Positions 36,204 through 45,122 are shown, counted from the stretch's first letter. The stretch is DNA of 64,000 bases from Clostridiales bacterium (GCA_015058275.1 SVCQ01000002.1:52902-116901); one strand, 5' to 3'. A program made the numbers and translations. The notes: generated from the sequence alone by a model not told the origin.

Positions 36204-37970
36204 ATGGACGGAATGAAAAAAAGTGATATGCTAAACCGGCTGTTCATGAAGATGCTGCCGGTCCAGGTCGCGATAATCGCGATGGGAGCGCTGAACTCCA
36301 TAGTCGACGGAACCGTTGCAGGACGGTTTATCGACGCAAGGACGGTCGGAGTCGTGGGACTTTATGTCGCCATGCTCAACGTGTATCAGGCGGTGGGCAA
36401 CATGCTCGCCGGAGGTACGGCGGTGCTCTGCGGCAGATCGATGGGAAGAGGAGATGTCAAAAAGACAAGCAGCATCTTCTCGCTAACCATTACGGTCACG
36501 GCCATCGCGGGCCTTGTACTGACTGCCCTGAGCCTGATCGCTCCGGGACCTCTGGCCACGCTGCTCGGAGCCAGGGGAGATCTCAAGGAGCCGCTCATGA
36601 CATATATCAGGGGATACGCCATAGGCGTGGTTCCGCTTCTTTTGTCGCAGCAGGTAGCGGCCTTCCTCCAGCTCGAGAGGAAGAGCGCCATAGGCTATGC
36701 GGGCATAGCAGGGCTCATCACGTCTAACATAACACTGGACATCCTGCTCGTAGCGGTCTTCCACATGGGCATATGGGGGCTCGCGCTTGCGACATCCATC
36801 AGTAACTGGATATATCTCATCATACTGCTGCCGTACTACTTCACCGGCAAGGCCCAGCTCAAGTACAGTATTTCGAACATCGCATGGCGCGATTTCATGC
36901 CGATGATGATCATCGGCTTCCCGGGAGCCACTCTGGTGCTCTGCCTGGCGGTAAGAGCGATAGTCATCAACAGGGTGCTCCTCACATACGCAGGCGAGCC
37001 GGGTCTTTCGGCACAGTCGGCATTCGGCATGATCAGCGGACTCTTCCTGGCCTTCGCGCTCGGAGTCGGTTCGGTCGTGAGGATGCTCAGCAGCGTCTTT
37101 TACGGCGAGGGCGATACGGACTCGCTCTACAGGCTGCTTCGAATCGGCAGTAACAGGATGATACCGCTTTCGCTGACCGTCACCGTGGCGGTGATGCTGC
37201 TCAGTACACCGATCTCACTTCTGTTCTTCCCGGACAGGGCGTCAGAGGTGTTCAAACTGACGCGTCAGCTTTTCATGATCTATGCTGTCTGCATACCGAT
37301 GATCGTGATCGCCCAGATAATCTGCAATTTCCTGCAGGCGACGGGACACAACAGATACGTCAACCTGCTGTCCATATTCGACGGATTCGTCTTTGCTGTC
37401 ATACCGGCTCTGATACTTGCTCCTAGGATGGGAGCTCTCGGTGTATGGCTGGCCAACCCTATCGGCATCGTGCTCACTCTGCTCATGAGCGTCGGCTATG
37501 TATTCGCATTCTGGAAGAGGAAGCCGAGGACCAGGGAGGAGTGGATGCTGCTGTCTCCGGACTTCGGAGTTCCTGATGAGGACAGGCTGGACCTGACCAT
37601 AACCAACGTCGATGACGTGGTCAACACCTCCACTCATGTACAGAGCTTCTGCGAGGATCACTCAGTGGATCCGAAGAAATCCGCTTACGCGGCCCTCTGC
37701 CTCGAGGAGATGGCATACAACATAGTCAAGCACGGATTCACCGCCGACCGCAAGAAGCACAACGCCGATGTCAGGGTGGTATATGAAGGCGGAAGGATAC
37801 TCCTTCGCATCAAGGACGACTGCCGTCCGTTCGATCCTATGGAGAGAGCCGCCATGCTGAACGGAGAGGATGTGACCTCCAATATCGGACTTCGCATGGT
37901 CATGGGTCTTTCGCACGATGTGGCCTACTACAATCTCATGGGTCTCAACGTGCTGTCGATCAGGCTCTGA
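36204..37970 (+). CDS. MATE family efflux transporter fused to a C-terminal GHKL/RsbW-SpoIIAB-like ATPase domain
   Basis: About 450 aa with 12 TM helices of MATE type. Residues from about 455 to the end carry an N-box LEEMAYNIVKHG, IKDDCRPFDP and NIGLRMVMGL, a HATPase_c-like pattern. Confidence 0.75.
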   Translation: MDGMKKSDMLNRLFMKMLPVQVAIIAMGALNSIVDGTVAGRFIDARTVGVVGLYVAMLNVYQAVGNMLAGGTAVLCGRSMGRGDVKKTSSIFSLTITVTAIAGLVLTALSLIAPGPLATLLGARGDLKEPLMTYIRGYAIGVVPLLLSQQVAAFLQLERKSAIGYAGIAGLITSNITLDILLVAVFHMGIWGLALATSISNWIYLIILLPYYFTGKAQLKYSISNIAWRDFMPMMIIGFPGATLVLCLAVRAIVINRVLLTYAGEPGLSAQSAFGMISGLFLAFALGVGSVVRMLSSVFYGEGDTDSLYRLLRIGSNRMIPLSLTVTVAVMLLSTPISLLFFPDRASEVFKLTRQLFMIYAVCIPMIVIAQIICNFLQATGHNRYVNLLSIFDGFVFAVIPALILAPRMGALGVWLANPIGIVLTLLMSVGYVFAFWKRKPRTREEWMLLSPDFGVPDEDRLDLTITNVDDVVNTSTHVQSFCEDHSVDPKKSAYAALCLEEMAYNIVKHGFTADRKKHNADVRVVYEGGRILLRIKDDCRPFDPMERAAMLNGEDVTSNIGLRMVMGLSHDVAYYNLMGLNVLSIRL

Positions 37971-38067
37971 TCCCGTATACAAAAGGGAAGGGATTGTGAT
38001 AGAATTCTTTTGTTTTCTTAAGGCGTATGCCGCAGACTGACTTATATAAGAGAGAAAGGAAGTAACC

Positions 38068-38616
38068 ATGGAGTATAAGATGACTATCGCCGGCCTCGAA
38101 AGAAGCCTTCCGCTCTGCAAGATCACAGAGGATCTTTACATAGCGGCATTCATTATGTTCAACGATGTCGAGATCACAGAGGCGTGCGCCACAGAGCTGC
38201 TCAAACAGGCTCCGGATTTTGATGTATTGCTGACCGCAGAGAGCAAGGGCATTCCTCTTGCTTATGAGATGGCCCGTCAATCCGGCAAGCCATACATCAT
38301 CGCCCGCAAGGGAGTCAAGCTCTACATGAGAGATGCAGTCATAGTCAACGTCAAGTCCATCACCACAAGCGGAGTACAGACGCTCTGCCTCGGAGCTGAC
38401 GAGCGCAAGTGGCTCGAGGGCAAAAAGATCCTCCTGGTGGACGACGTTATCAGCACGGGCGAGTCTCTTAATGCGCTCGAGCATCTCGTCGAAGCCGTAA
38501 ACGGCAATATCGTAGGCAAGTTCACTGTCCTCGCAGAGGGTGAGGCTGCTGACAGAGAGGATATAACCTATCTCGGATATCTGCCGCTCTTTAACTCAGA
38601 TGGCGAGCCGCAATAA
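38068..38616 (+). CDS. phosphoribosyltransferase (adenine/purine PRTase-like)
   Basis: PRPP-binding motif ILLVDDVISTGESL. Confidence 0.75.
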   Translation: MEYKMTIAGLERSLPLCKITEDLYIAAFIMFNDVEITEACATELLKQAPDFDVLLTAESKGIPLAYEMARQSGKPYIIARKGVKLYMRDAVIVNVKSITTSGVQTLCLGADERKWLEGKKILLVDDVISTGESLNALEHLVEAVNGNIVGKFTVLAEGEAADREDITYLGYLPLFNSDGEPQ

Positions 38617-38652
38617 CAGACGCCGGAATCGCTCAAATCATTGGTATTTCAA

Positions 38653-38680
38653 GCCTCCGCGCGCGGGGGCTTTATTATTT
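38653..38680 (+). terminator. intrinsic terminator
   Basis: GCCTCCG (38653-38659) / CGGGGGC (38664-38670), CGCG loop, then TTTATTATTT. Confidence 0.7.
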
Positions 38681-38756
38681 CTCACTAATTCGCCTTTTGT
38701 TTTGTATTTGGTGCACAAATTAGACCGTTAAATTTGAGTTTTTTCACAAAAAAGTG

Positions 38757-38785
38757 TTGACACACAATCTTCACAATGCTATCAT
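38757..38785 (+). promoter_or_regulatory. sigma-A type promoter of the liv-like operon
   Basis: TTGACA (38757-38762), 17-nt spacer, TATCAT (38780-38785). Confidence 0.6.
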
Positions 38786-38824
38786 CCGAAATGTGCAGAG
38801 ATACTGCACAGAAAGGAAGACCGA

Positions 38825-38911
38825 ATGTACTTTACAGTTAGCATTATCGTCATTAGCATTATCAGCGTCCTTGGAGTCGTAAGACTCGTAGAGGACGGAT
38901 TTATGCTGTAG
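38825..38911 (+). CDS. 28-codon Ile/Val/Leu-rich mini-ORF (MYFTVSIIVISIISVLGVVRLVEDGFML), candidate leader peptide
   Basis: GAAAGGAAG at 38811-38819 lies 5 nt before ATG 38825. There are 5 Ile, 6 Val and 3 Leu in 28 codons. It sits between the promoter and the BCAA-binding protein gene. Confidence 0.4.
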   Translation: MYFTVSIIVISIISVLGVVRLVEDGFML

Positions 38912-39096
38912 GGCGATGGAGTACATCAGGTAGTAACTTGAAGCTTGGGAGCCCGCAGCAATGCGGGCTTATAACATGCTTTAATAATCGGGGCATGCTG
39001 AATGCCCGGGCTAAGGCAATCAGGCAACTGATCAACTATCACTCAGTCAGAAATCACTAATTCTGAAACCAAATGTATGAGAAAGGGAGATTTAAA

Positions 39097-40263
39097 ATGA
39101 AGAAGACATGGAACAAAGTCGTAGTTGTAGCTCTCTCCTGCATGATGGCATTCGCGCTCGCAGCATGCGGCGGTGGAAGCGGAGATGCAGGAGATGACGT
39201 AATCAAACTCGGCAACACAGGCCCTCTGACAGGACCGGCTGCTATCTACGGCCAGGCTGTAGACAACGGCGGCAAGCTCGCTGTTGAAGAGATCAACGCA
39301 GCTAATCCGGACGGACTCCAGCTCGCATGGCAGGCTGAGGACGACGAGGCTGACGGCGAAAAGGCTGTTAACGCTTACAACAAGCTGATGGATGACGGAA
39401 TGGACGTCTTCATCGGTTCCACAACTTCCGGTTCCTGCGTAGCAGCATCCGAGAAGGCATTCGAAGACAGAGTATTCGAGCTCACTCCATCCGCTTCCCA
39501 GGTAGCAGTTACCGAGGGTAAGGACAATGTATTCCAGCTCTGCTTCTCCGACCCTAACCAGGGAGTTGCCGCGGCTGATTACATCAACGCAAACATGGCT
39601 GACAAGACAGTCGGCGTCATCTACAACAACGCAAGTGACTACTCTGCAGGTATCTATGACAAGTTCAAGGCAGAGATGGAAGCTGCAGGCAAGGAGATCG
39701 CAGCTGTAGAGGCATTCGCAGACGATGCCAACACTGATTTCCAGGCTCAGATCAACAGCATGAAGAACGCAGGCGTTGACCTCGTGTTCCTGCCGATCTA
39801 CTACACACCGGCTTCCAACATCCTGATCCAGGCAGACAAGATCGGTTATGCTCCTACATTCTTCGGAGTAGACGGCATGGACGGAATCCTCACACTCGAG
39901 GGATTCGATACAAAGCTGGCTGAGGGCGTAATGCTCCTGACACCGTTCATCGCAACTGCTGAGGATGAAGCTACTCAGAACTTCGTTAAGGCTTACAAGG
40001 ACGCTTACGGCGAGGAGCCTAACCAGTTCGCAGCTGACGCATATGACTGCGTATATGCAGTATACGATGCTCTCAACAAGGCAGGCGTAGAGGCATCCGC
40101 ATCCCACGAGGAGATCTGCGATGCACTCGTCGGACAGTTCGCAGGCGACTTCAAGTACAGCGGCGTTACAGGCGCTGACATGGAGTGGAACGAGGCAGGC
40201 GAAGTCAACAAGACTCCGAACGCCATGGTCATCGAGAACGGCGTATACGTACCGGTAAAGTAA
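39097..40263 (+). CDS. livJ: branched-chain amino acid ABC transporter substrate-binding lipoprotein
   Basis: Lipobox LAAC and a type-I PBP of Leu/Ile/Val-binding type (IKLGNTGPLTGPAAIYG). ATG 39097 with AGGGAG upstream is preferred over 39073. Confidence 0.88.
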   Translation: MKKTWNKVVVVALSCMMAFALAACGGGSGDAGDDVIKLGNTGPLTGPAAIYGQAVDNGGKLAVEEINAANPDGLQLAWQAEDDEADGEKAVNAYNKLMDDGMDVFIGSTTSGSCVAASEKAFEDRVFELTPSASQVAVTEGKDNVFQLCFSDPNQGVAAADYINANMADKTVGVIYNNASDYSAGIYDKFKAEMEAAGKEIAAVEAFADDANTDFQAQINSMKNAGVDLVFLPIYYTPASNILIQADKIGYAPTFFGVDGMDGILTLEGFDTKLAEGVMLLTPFIATAEDEATQNFVKAYKDAYGEEPNQFAADAYDCVYAVYDALNKAGVEASASHEEICDALVGQFAGDFKYSGVTGADMEWNEAGEVNKTPNAMVIENGVYVPVK

Positions 40264-40368
40264 TACACTGACTGACTTAAGTGTATAGTTGTTGGCCAAG
40301 GGGTGCTGCATGCATGTGCGGCACCCCAAAGCCGCATTATTACACAGTTAAGAAAGAAAGAAGAAACC

Positions 40369-41253
40369 ATGAATTTTTTGACCAATCTTATTTCCGGACT
40401 CAGTCTGGGGAGTGTGTATGCGATCATCGCGCTTGGATATACCATGGTATATGGTATTTCCAAGATGCTTAACTTCGCACATGGTGACGTTATTATGATC
40501 GGCGGCTACATGTCATTCGTAATGACACAGTACGTCGGCATGAACGGATGGCTGGCACTTCTGGTTGCGATCGTTGTCTGCACTGTCCTCGGTATACTCA
40601 TCGAGAGACTGGCATACAGACCGCTCAGGGGCACCGGCTCTCTCGCTGTTCTGATCACGGCGATCGGCGTGTCATATTTCCTCCAGAACATGGCTCTTTT
40701 GATCTGGGGAGCCAACCCTAAGATGTTCACGAGTCTGTTCAAAGGGATGTCGCCTATCCATGCGGCAGGCGGCCAGCTCACGATCACTCCTGAGTCGCTG
40801 TTCACTATCGCAGCCAATATCGTGATCATGATCGTCCTGACTCTGTTCGTCAGCAAGACCAAGGCAGGCAAAGCCATGCGCGCGGTCTCCGAGGACAACG
40901 GAGCGGCCCAGCTGATGGGTATCAACGTCAACCAGTCCATATCTCTTACATTCGCCATTGGTTCGGGTCTTGCGGCGGTCGCCGGAGTGCTGATGTGCTC
41001 CGCCTATCCGGTGCTGATGCCGACAACAGGCGCCATGCCGGGTATCAAGGCATTCACGGCTGCGGTATTCGGAGGCATCGGCTCCATCCCGGGAGCGATG
41101 ATCGGCGGCCTTATCCTTGGCATTATCGAGATATTCTCGCGTGCATACATTTCGACAGAGCTCTCTGACGCCATCGTGTTTGCATGCCTCATCATAGTAC
41201 TGCTGGTCAAGCCGACAGGTCTGCTCGGCAAGAAGGTCAGCGAGAAAGTGTAG
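40369..41253 (+). CDS. livH: branched-chain amino acid ABC transporter permease
   Basis: MNFLTNLISGLSLGSVYAIIALGYTMVYG is a typical LivH N-terminus. The ORF-track extension from 40303 is rejected. Confidence 0.9.
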   Translation: MNFLTNLISGLSLGSVYAIIALGYTMVYGISKMLNFAHGDVIMIGGYMSFVMTQYVGMNGWLALLVAIVVCTVLGILIERLAYRPLRGTGSLAVLITAIGVSYFLQNMALLIWGANPKMFTSLFKGMSPIHAAGGQLTITPESLFTIAANIVIMIVLTLFVSKTKAGKAMRAVSEDNGAAQLMGINVNQSISLTFAIGSGLAAVAGVLMCSAYPVLMPTTGAMPGIKAFTAAVFGGIGSIPGAMIGGLILGIIEIFSRAYISTELSDAIVFACLIIVLLVKPTGLLGKKVSEKV

Positions 41254-41260
41254 GTGTGTC

Positions 41261-42382
41261 ATGGCAGAGAGATTACTTAAAAACATCAGTACAAGGGGAC
41301 TCAAAAATGCCGTCAAGGGCAGTGAGTACCGCAGGGAGGCGGCAATTTCATACGCCATCCTTATCATAGGATTCATAGTACTGCAGGCCGGAGCGGCCGC
41401 AGGCATGATCGGACACAACCTTCAGGGACAGTTCGTTCCTATCTGCTGTTACATATCGCTGGCTGTATCCCTCAACCTCGTAGTAGGCATCTCGGGCGAG
41501 CTCTCGCTCGGACATGCGGGATTCATGGCTGTCGGAGCCTTCAGCGGCATTCTCATGTCGCGCATCATGGGCTTCCACATGTCCTTCGAGCCTGCGATCA
41601 TCATCACATCGATGCTCTTTGCGGCATTCATGGCGGCTGTAGCCGGATTCATCATCGGCATCCCGATCCTGGGTCTCAGGGGAGACTATCTGGCTATCGT
41701 TACGCTGGCGTTCGGAGAGATCATCCGTAACATAATGAACGTGCTCTACTTTGGTCTTGATGACGGCAAGCTGAGATTCGCGTTCAACCACACCATCGAC
41801 GGTCTCGACAACAACGAGCGTATCATCACGGGCGCTATCGGTGCGACGGGTACAAAGACAATGGCAAGTTTCACATGGGGACTGCTGCTGTGCCTGTTCA
41901 CGGTATTCGTAGTACTCAATATCAAGAACTCCAAGCAGGGCAGAGCCATCATGTCCATCAGGGACAACCGTATCGCAGCCGAGTCCATCGGCCTCGACGT
42001 AAGGAAGTACAAGCTCATGGCCTTTGTCATAAGCGCGGCTCTCGCCGGCATGGCAGGCTGCCTGTTCGGCCTCAACTACAGCACGCTCGTGCCGCTCAAG
42101 TTCAACTTCAACACATCGGTGCTGATCCTCGTATTCGTTGTACTCGGCGGAGTAGGCAATATCTGGGGCGGTATCATCGCCGCGGCTGTTCTTACCATAC
42201 TGCCTGAGACATTCAGACAGTTCGCCGACTACAGGATGCTGACTTATGCGGTAGTGCTGATCCTGGTAATGATCTTTACCTACAACCCGGCTATCAATGC
42301 AAGGGTCAAGTCTGTAGTCAATAAGATCAAGATCAAAAAACCGGGCGGTAAGGACAAGAAGACCGGAAAGGAGGCGGCGTAA
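41261..42382 (+). CDS. livM: branched-chain amino acid ABC transporter permease
   Basis: LivM-type polytopic permease (LNLVVGISGELSLGHAGFMAVGAF). Confidence 0.9.
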   Translation: MAERLLKNISTRGLKNAVKGSEYRREAAISYAILIIGFIVLQAGAAAGMIGHNLQGQFVPICCYISLAVSLNLVVGISGELSLGHAGFMAVGAFSGILMSRIMGFHMSFEPAIIITSMLFAAFMAAVAGFIIGIPILGLRGDYLAIVTLAFGEIIRNIMNVLYFGLDDGKLRFAFNHTIDGLDNNERIITGAIGATGTKTMASFTWGLLLCLFTVFVVLNIKNSKQGRAIMSIRDNRIAAESIGLDVRKYKLMAFVISAALAGMAGCLFGLNYSTLVPLKFNFNTSVLILVFVVLGGVGNIWGGIIAAAVLTILPETFRQFADYRMLTYAVVLILVMIFTYNPAINARVKSVVNKIKIKKPGGKDKKTGKEAA

Positions 42383-43456
42383 ATGGCTAAAAACAAAGAA
42401 GAACTGCGCGATCTCAACGTCTCCGAGACCGGTCACACATACGAGAACAGACAGGAGATCTACTACAACGACAACGTAGGCGGCAGAGCCGTATTCGTTG
42501 ACTCCAAGGAGCAGTACAGCCCGGACGAGCCGTACAATGAGGACGTCTACATCCCTGAGAAGGACAGAGACAAGGCTCCTATACTCGAGGTCAAGAACCT
42601 CGGTATCGACTTCGGCGGTCTGACTGCCGTAGACAACTTCAACCTGACTCTGGGACGCACCGAGATCGGCGGACTCATCGGTCCTAACGGTGCCGGCAAG
42701 ACCACAATCTTTAACATGCTCACCAAGGTGTACGAGCCTACAAGAGGAGAGATATTCTTTGACGGCAGATCCACCAAGGGCATGAAGACCGTGGACATCA
42801 ACAAGGCCGGCATGGCGCGTACATTCCAGAACATCAGGCTCTTTGACAAGCTGACCGTAGAGGAGAACATCAAAGTAGCTCTCCACCACACCACGGACTA
42901 CAGCCTGGTTGACGGCATGTTCCATACGCCTAAGTACAGGCACGAGGAATACCGCATCCGCAAGGAGGCGATGAAGTACCTCAAGATCTTCGGCATGACC
43001 AAGACGGCCAACTACACGGCCGGATCGCTCCCTTACGGAGCTCAGAGAAGGCTCGAGATCATGAGAGCGCTGGCTACAAAGCCAAAACTCCTGCTGCTGG
43101 ACGAGCCGGCGGCGGGCATGAACCCATCCGAGACATCGGAACTCATGGAGACGATCAGAGAGATCCGCGACAGATTCCAGATCGCGATATTCCTGATCGA
43201 GCACGACATGAACCTCGTCATGAACATCTGCGAGGGCATCGTGGTACTCAACTACGGCCGTGTCATCGCAAAGGGGCAGCCTGAGGACATCCAGAAGAAC
43301 CCTAAGGTAATCGAGGCTTACCTCGGCAAGAGCAGAGGCAAGATGGAAGAGGAAGAGAAGAACGAAGACATCGAAGAGGCTCTCAAAAAGGGCAAGCTCG
43401 AATCATCCGCTTCCGGAAAGCCGGATACAGGATCATCCGGGAAGGAGGTAGAGTAA
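42383..43456 (+). CDS. livG: branched-chain amino acid ABC transporter ATP-binding protein with N- and C-terminal extensions
   Basis: Walker A GPNGAGKTT, LPYGAQRRLEI, LLLDEPAAGMN. There is a ~65-aa acidic/Tyr-rich N-extension and a ~45-aa Glu/Lys-rich tail. Confidence 0.88.
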   Translation: MAKNKEELRDLNVSETGHTYENRQEIYYNDNVGGRAVFVDSKEQYSPDEPYNEDVYIPEKDRDKAPILEVKNLGIDFGGLTAVDNFNLTLGRTEIGGLIGPNGAGKTTIFNMLTKVYEPTRGEIFFDGRSTKGMKTVDINKAGMARTFQNIRLFDKLTVEENIKVALHHTTDYSLVDGMFHTPKYRHEEYRIRKEAMKYLKIFGMTKTANYTAGSLPYGAQRRLEIMRALATKPKLLLLDEPAAGMNPSETSELMETIREIRDRFQIAIFLIEHDMNLVMNICEGIVVLNYGRVIAKGQPEDIQKNPKVIEAYLGKSRGKMEEEEKNEDIEEALKKGKLESSASGKPDTGSSGKEVE

Positions 43457-44166
43457 TGGGCACAGTACTGACAGTTAAGAACATTAACGTCTATTACGGA
43501 GCCATTCATGCCATCAAAGGCATCTCCTTCGACGTAAACAGAGGCGAGATAGTCACGCTTATCGGAGCCAACGGAGCCGGCAAGTCGACTACGCTTCACA
43601 CCATCTCCGGACTTCTCAGGAGCAAGACAGGCGACATCGAATTCCTCGAGGAGTCGATCGCTCATACGCCTGCTCACAAGATCGTATCCAAGGGCATCTC
43701 CCACGTACCTGAAGGCCGCAGGATATTCCAGGGCATGACGGTACAGGAGAACCTCCAGATGGGTGCTTTCGTAACCAAGCAGGACAGGATCGCTCACAAC
43801 CTCGAGTACGTGTACGATCAGTTCCCGAGGCTCAAGGAGAGGACAAGCCAGATCGCAGGCACTCTCTCCGGAGGCGAGCAGCAGATGCTGGCCATGGGCA
43901 GGGCTCTTATGTCCGACCCTGAGCTGCTGATGCTCGACGAGCCTTCGATGGGACTCGCGCCTATCCTGGTAGACCAGATCTTCGAGATCATCAAAAACCT
44001 CAACAAGGCGGGCACTACCATACTGCTGGTAGAGCAGAACGCCCAGATGGCTCTTTCGGTAGCCGACAGAGCGTACGTAATAGAGACGGGCAAGATCTCG
44101 CTCTCCGGCACAGGAGAGGAGCTCGCAAAGTCCGACGAAGTACGCAAGGCATACCTCGGAGGCTAA
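43456..44166 (+). CDS. livF: branched-chain amino acid ABC transporter ATP-binding protein
   Basis: Walker A GANGAGKST, LSGGEQQMLAMGRAL, LMLDEPSMGLAP. The start overlaps the livG stop (TAATG). Confidence 0.92.
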   Translation: MGTVLTVKNINVYYGAIHAIKGISFDVNRGEIVTLIGANGAGKSTTLHTISGLLRSKTGDIEFLEESIAHTPAHKIVSKGISHVPEGRRIFQGMTVQENLQMGAFVTKQDRIAHNLEYVYDQFPRLKERTSQIAGTLSGGEQQMLAMGRALMSDPELLMLDEPSMGLAPILVDQIFEIIKNLNKAGTTILLVEQNAQMALSVADRAYVIETGKISLSGTGEELAKSDEVRKAYLGG

Positions 44167-44172
44167 CACTCA

Positions 44173-44357
44173 TTTCAACTAGGAGCGAAGCTCCAACAAG
44201 CTCGCTTGATTGGAGCGAGCGACGCCGTCAACAGACGCCGAGAGCTTCAGCTCCTGAGGGCGTCGGTCGGGGATTGTACCCACCACCGACGGTCGAAGAT
44301 GGAACCCGCCGCCTTTATTGTCATTTAGAGGCGGGGGACATCCGGCGTCTGTTATAC
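44173..44357 (-). repeat. ~182-nt structured repeat, copy C (inverted, diverged)
   Basis: The reverse complement aligns end-to-end with copies A and B (TGTATAACAGACGCCGGATGTCCCCCGCCTC ... GGAGCTTCGCTCCTAGTTGAAA). The first hairpin loop is replaced, and one stem shows paired substitutions. Confidence 0.82.
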
Positions 44358-44361
44358 AAGG

Positions 44362-44395
44362 CCGGCCGGAGGGACTTCCCTCCGGCCGGTTTTTG
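44362..44395 (+). terminator. strong intrinsic terminator of the liv-like operon
   Basis: 12-bp stem CCGGCCGGAGGG (44362-44373) / CCCTCCGGCCGG (44378-44389), 4-nt loop, then TTTTT. Confidence 0.85.
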
Positions 44396-44496
44396 TGTCG
44401 CCGATTTCGATTGCCGCGAAAGTGATGTACTCTCTTAAGAAGTCTTAAAGGGGAGTGTGTTTTTGCAGTGAAGTGTGTCGCCGCAGAGCCCTGTTG

Positions 44497-44505
44497 TGGT
44501 ACAAT
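44497..44505 (+). promoter_or_regulatory. candidate extended -10 promoter (TGgTACAAT)
   Basis: TG at 44497-44498 and TACAAT at 44500-44505. No good -35 element. Confidence 0.35.
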
Positions 44506-44546
44506 ATACTGCGTAAAAATATTGAAAAGGGAATGGTGACACATCA

Positions 44547-45122
44547 ATGAAAAAATGCATCACACTGCTGACGGTACTTCTTATGATAATGGCTATGACG
44601 CTCGGTATGAGCGCCTGCAGCAAGACTTCCGAGGAGGAGACTGAGACCGATACAAAACAGGCGGTCGAGCAGACAGACGAAGTCAAGATCGTGAAATCCA
44701 TCAGCGAGGTCGATGTTGACTGTGCGCCGTACATTCCTCTCCAGATCGATTCGATCACTCTGTACGAGGACGGCTCGGTCAAGATCGTTCCGACAGACGA
44801 CCTCAAAAAGAACGAGATCAAGGACGGCGATGAGGACGGCATCTATCCGTTCGCGGAGACCGGCAAGGTCAAGGACATCTATCTCGTGGGCTTCGGCAAC
44901 GGAGGCTACAGGACAGTGATCTGCCTGATGGAGGACGGATCTCTCGCAGCCCTCAGCGCAAAGGAACTCATAGAGGATCACATCGCGGTCGTGATGCCTA
45001 ATGTATCCGGCAGGGACAATTTCGTATCGGTCGAGCAGGTCGAGGGTGAGGATGCCATCGGCGTAGTCGGCAAGACAAAGGACGGTGAGGAAGTAGAGCT
45101 GGACTACAGCCTCAACTTCTGA
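44547..45122 (+). CDS. lipoprotein of unknown function
   Basis: Signal peptide with lipobox MSAC and an acidic linker. No family recognised. Confidence 0.75.
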   Translation: MKKCITLLTVLLMIMAMTLGMSACSKTSEEETETDTKQAVEQTDEVKIVKSISEVDVDCAPYIPLQIDSITLYEDGSVKIVPTDDLKKNEIKDGDEDGIYPFAETGKVKDIYLVGFGNGGYRTVICLMEDGSLAALSAKELIEDHIAVVMPNVSGRDNFVSVEQVEGEDAIGVVGKTKDGEEVELDYSLNF

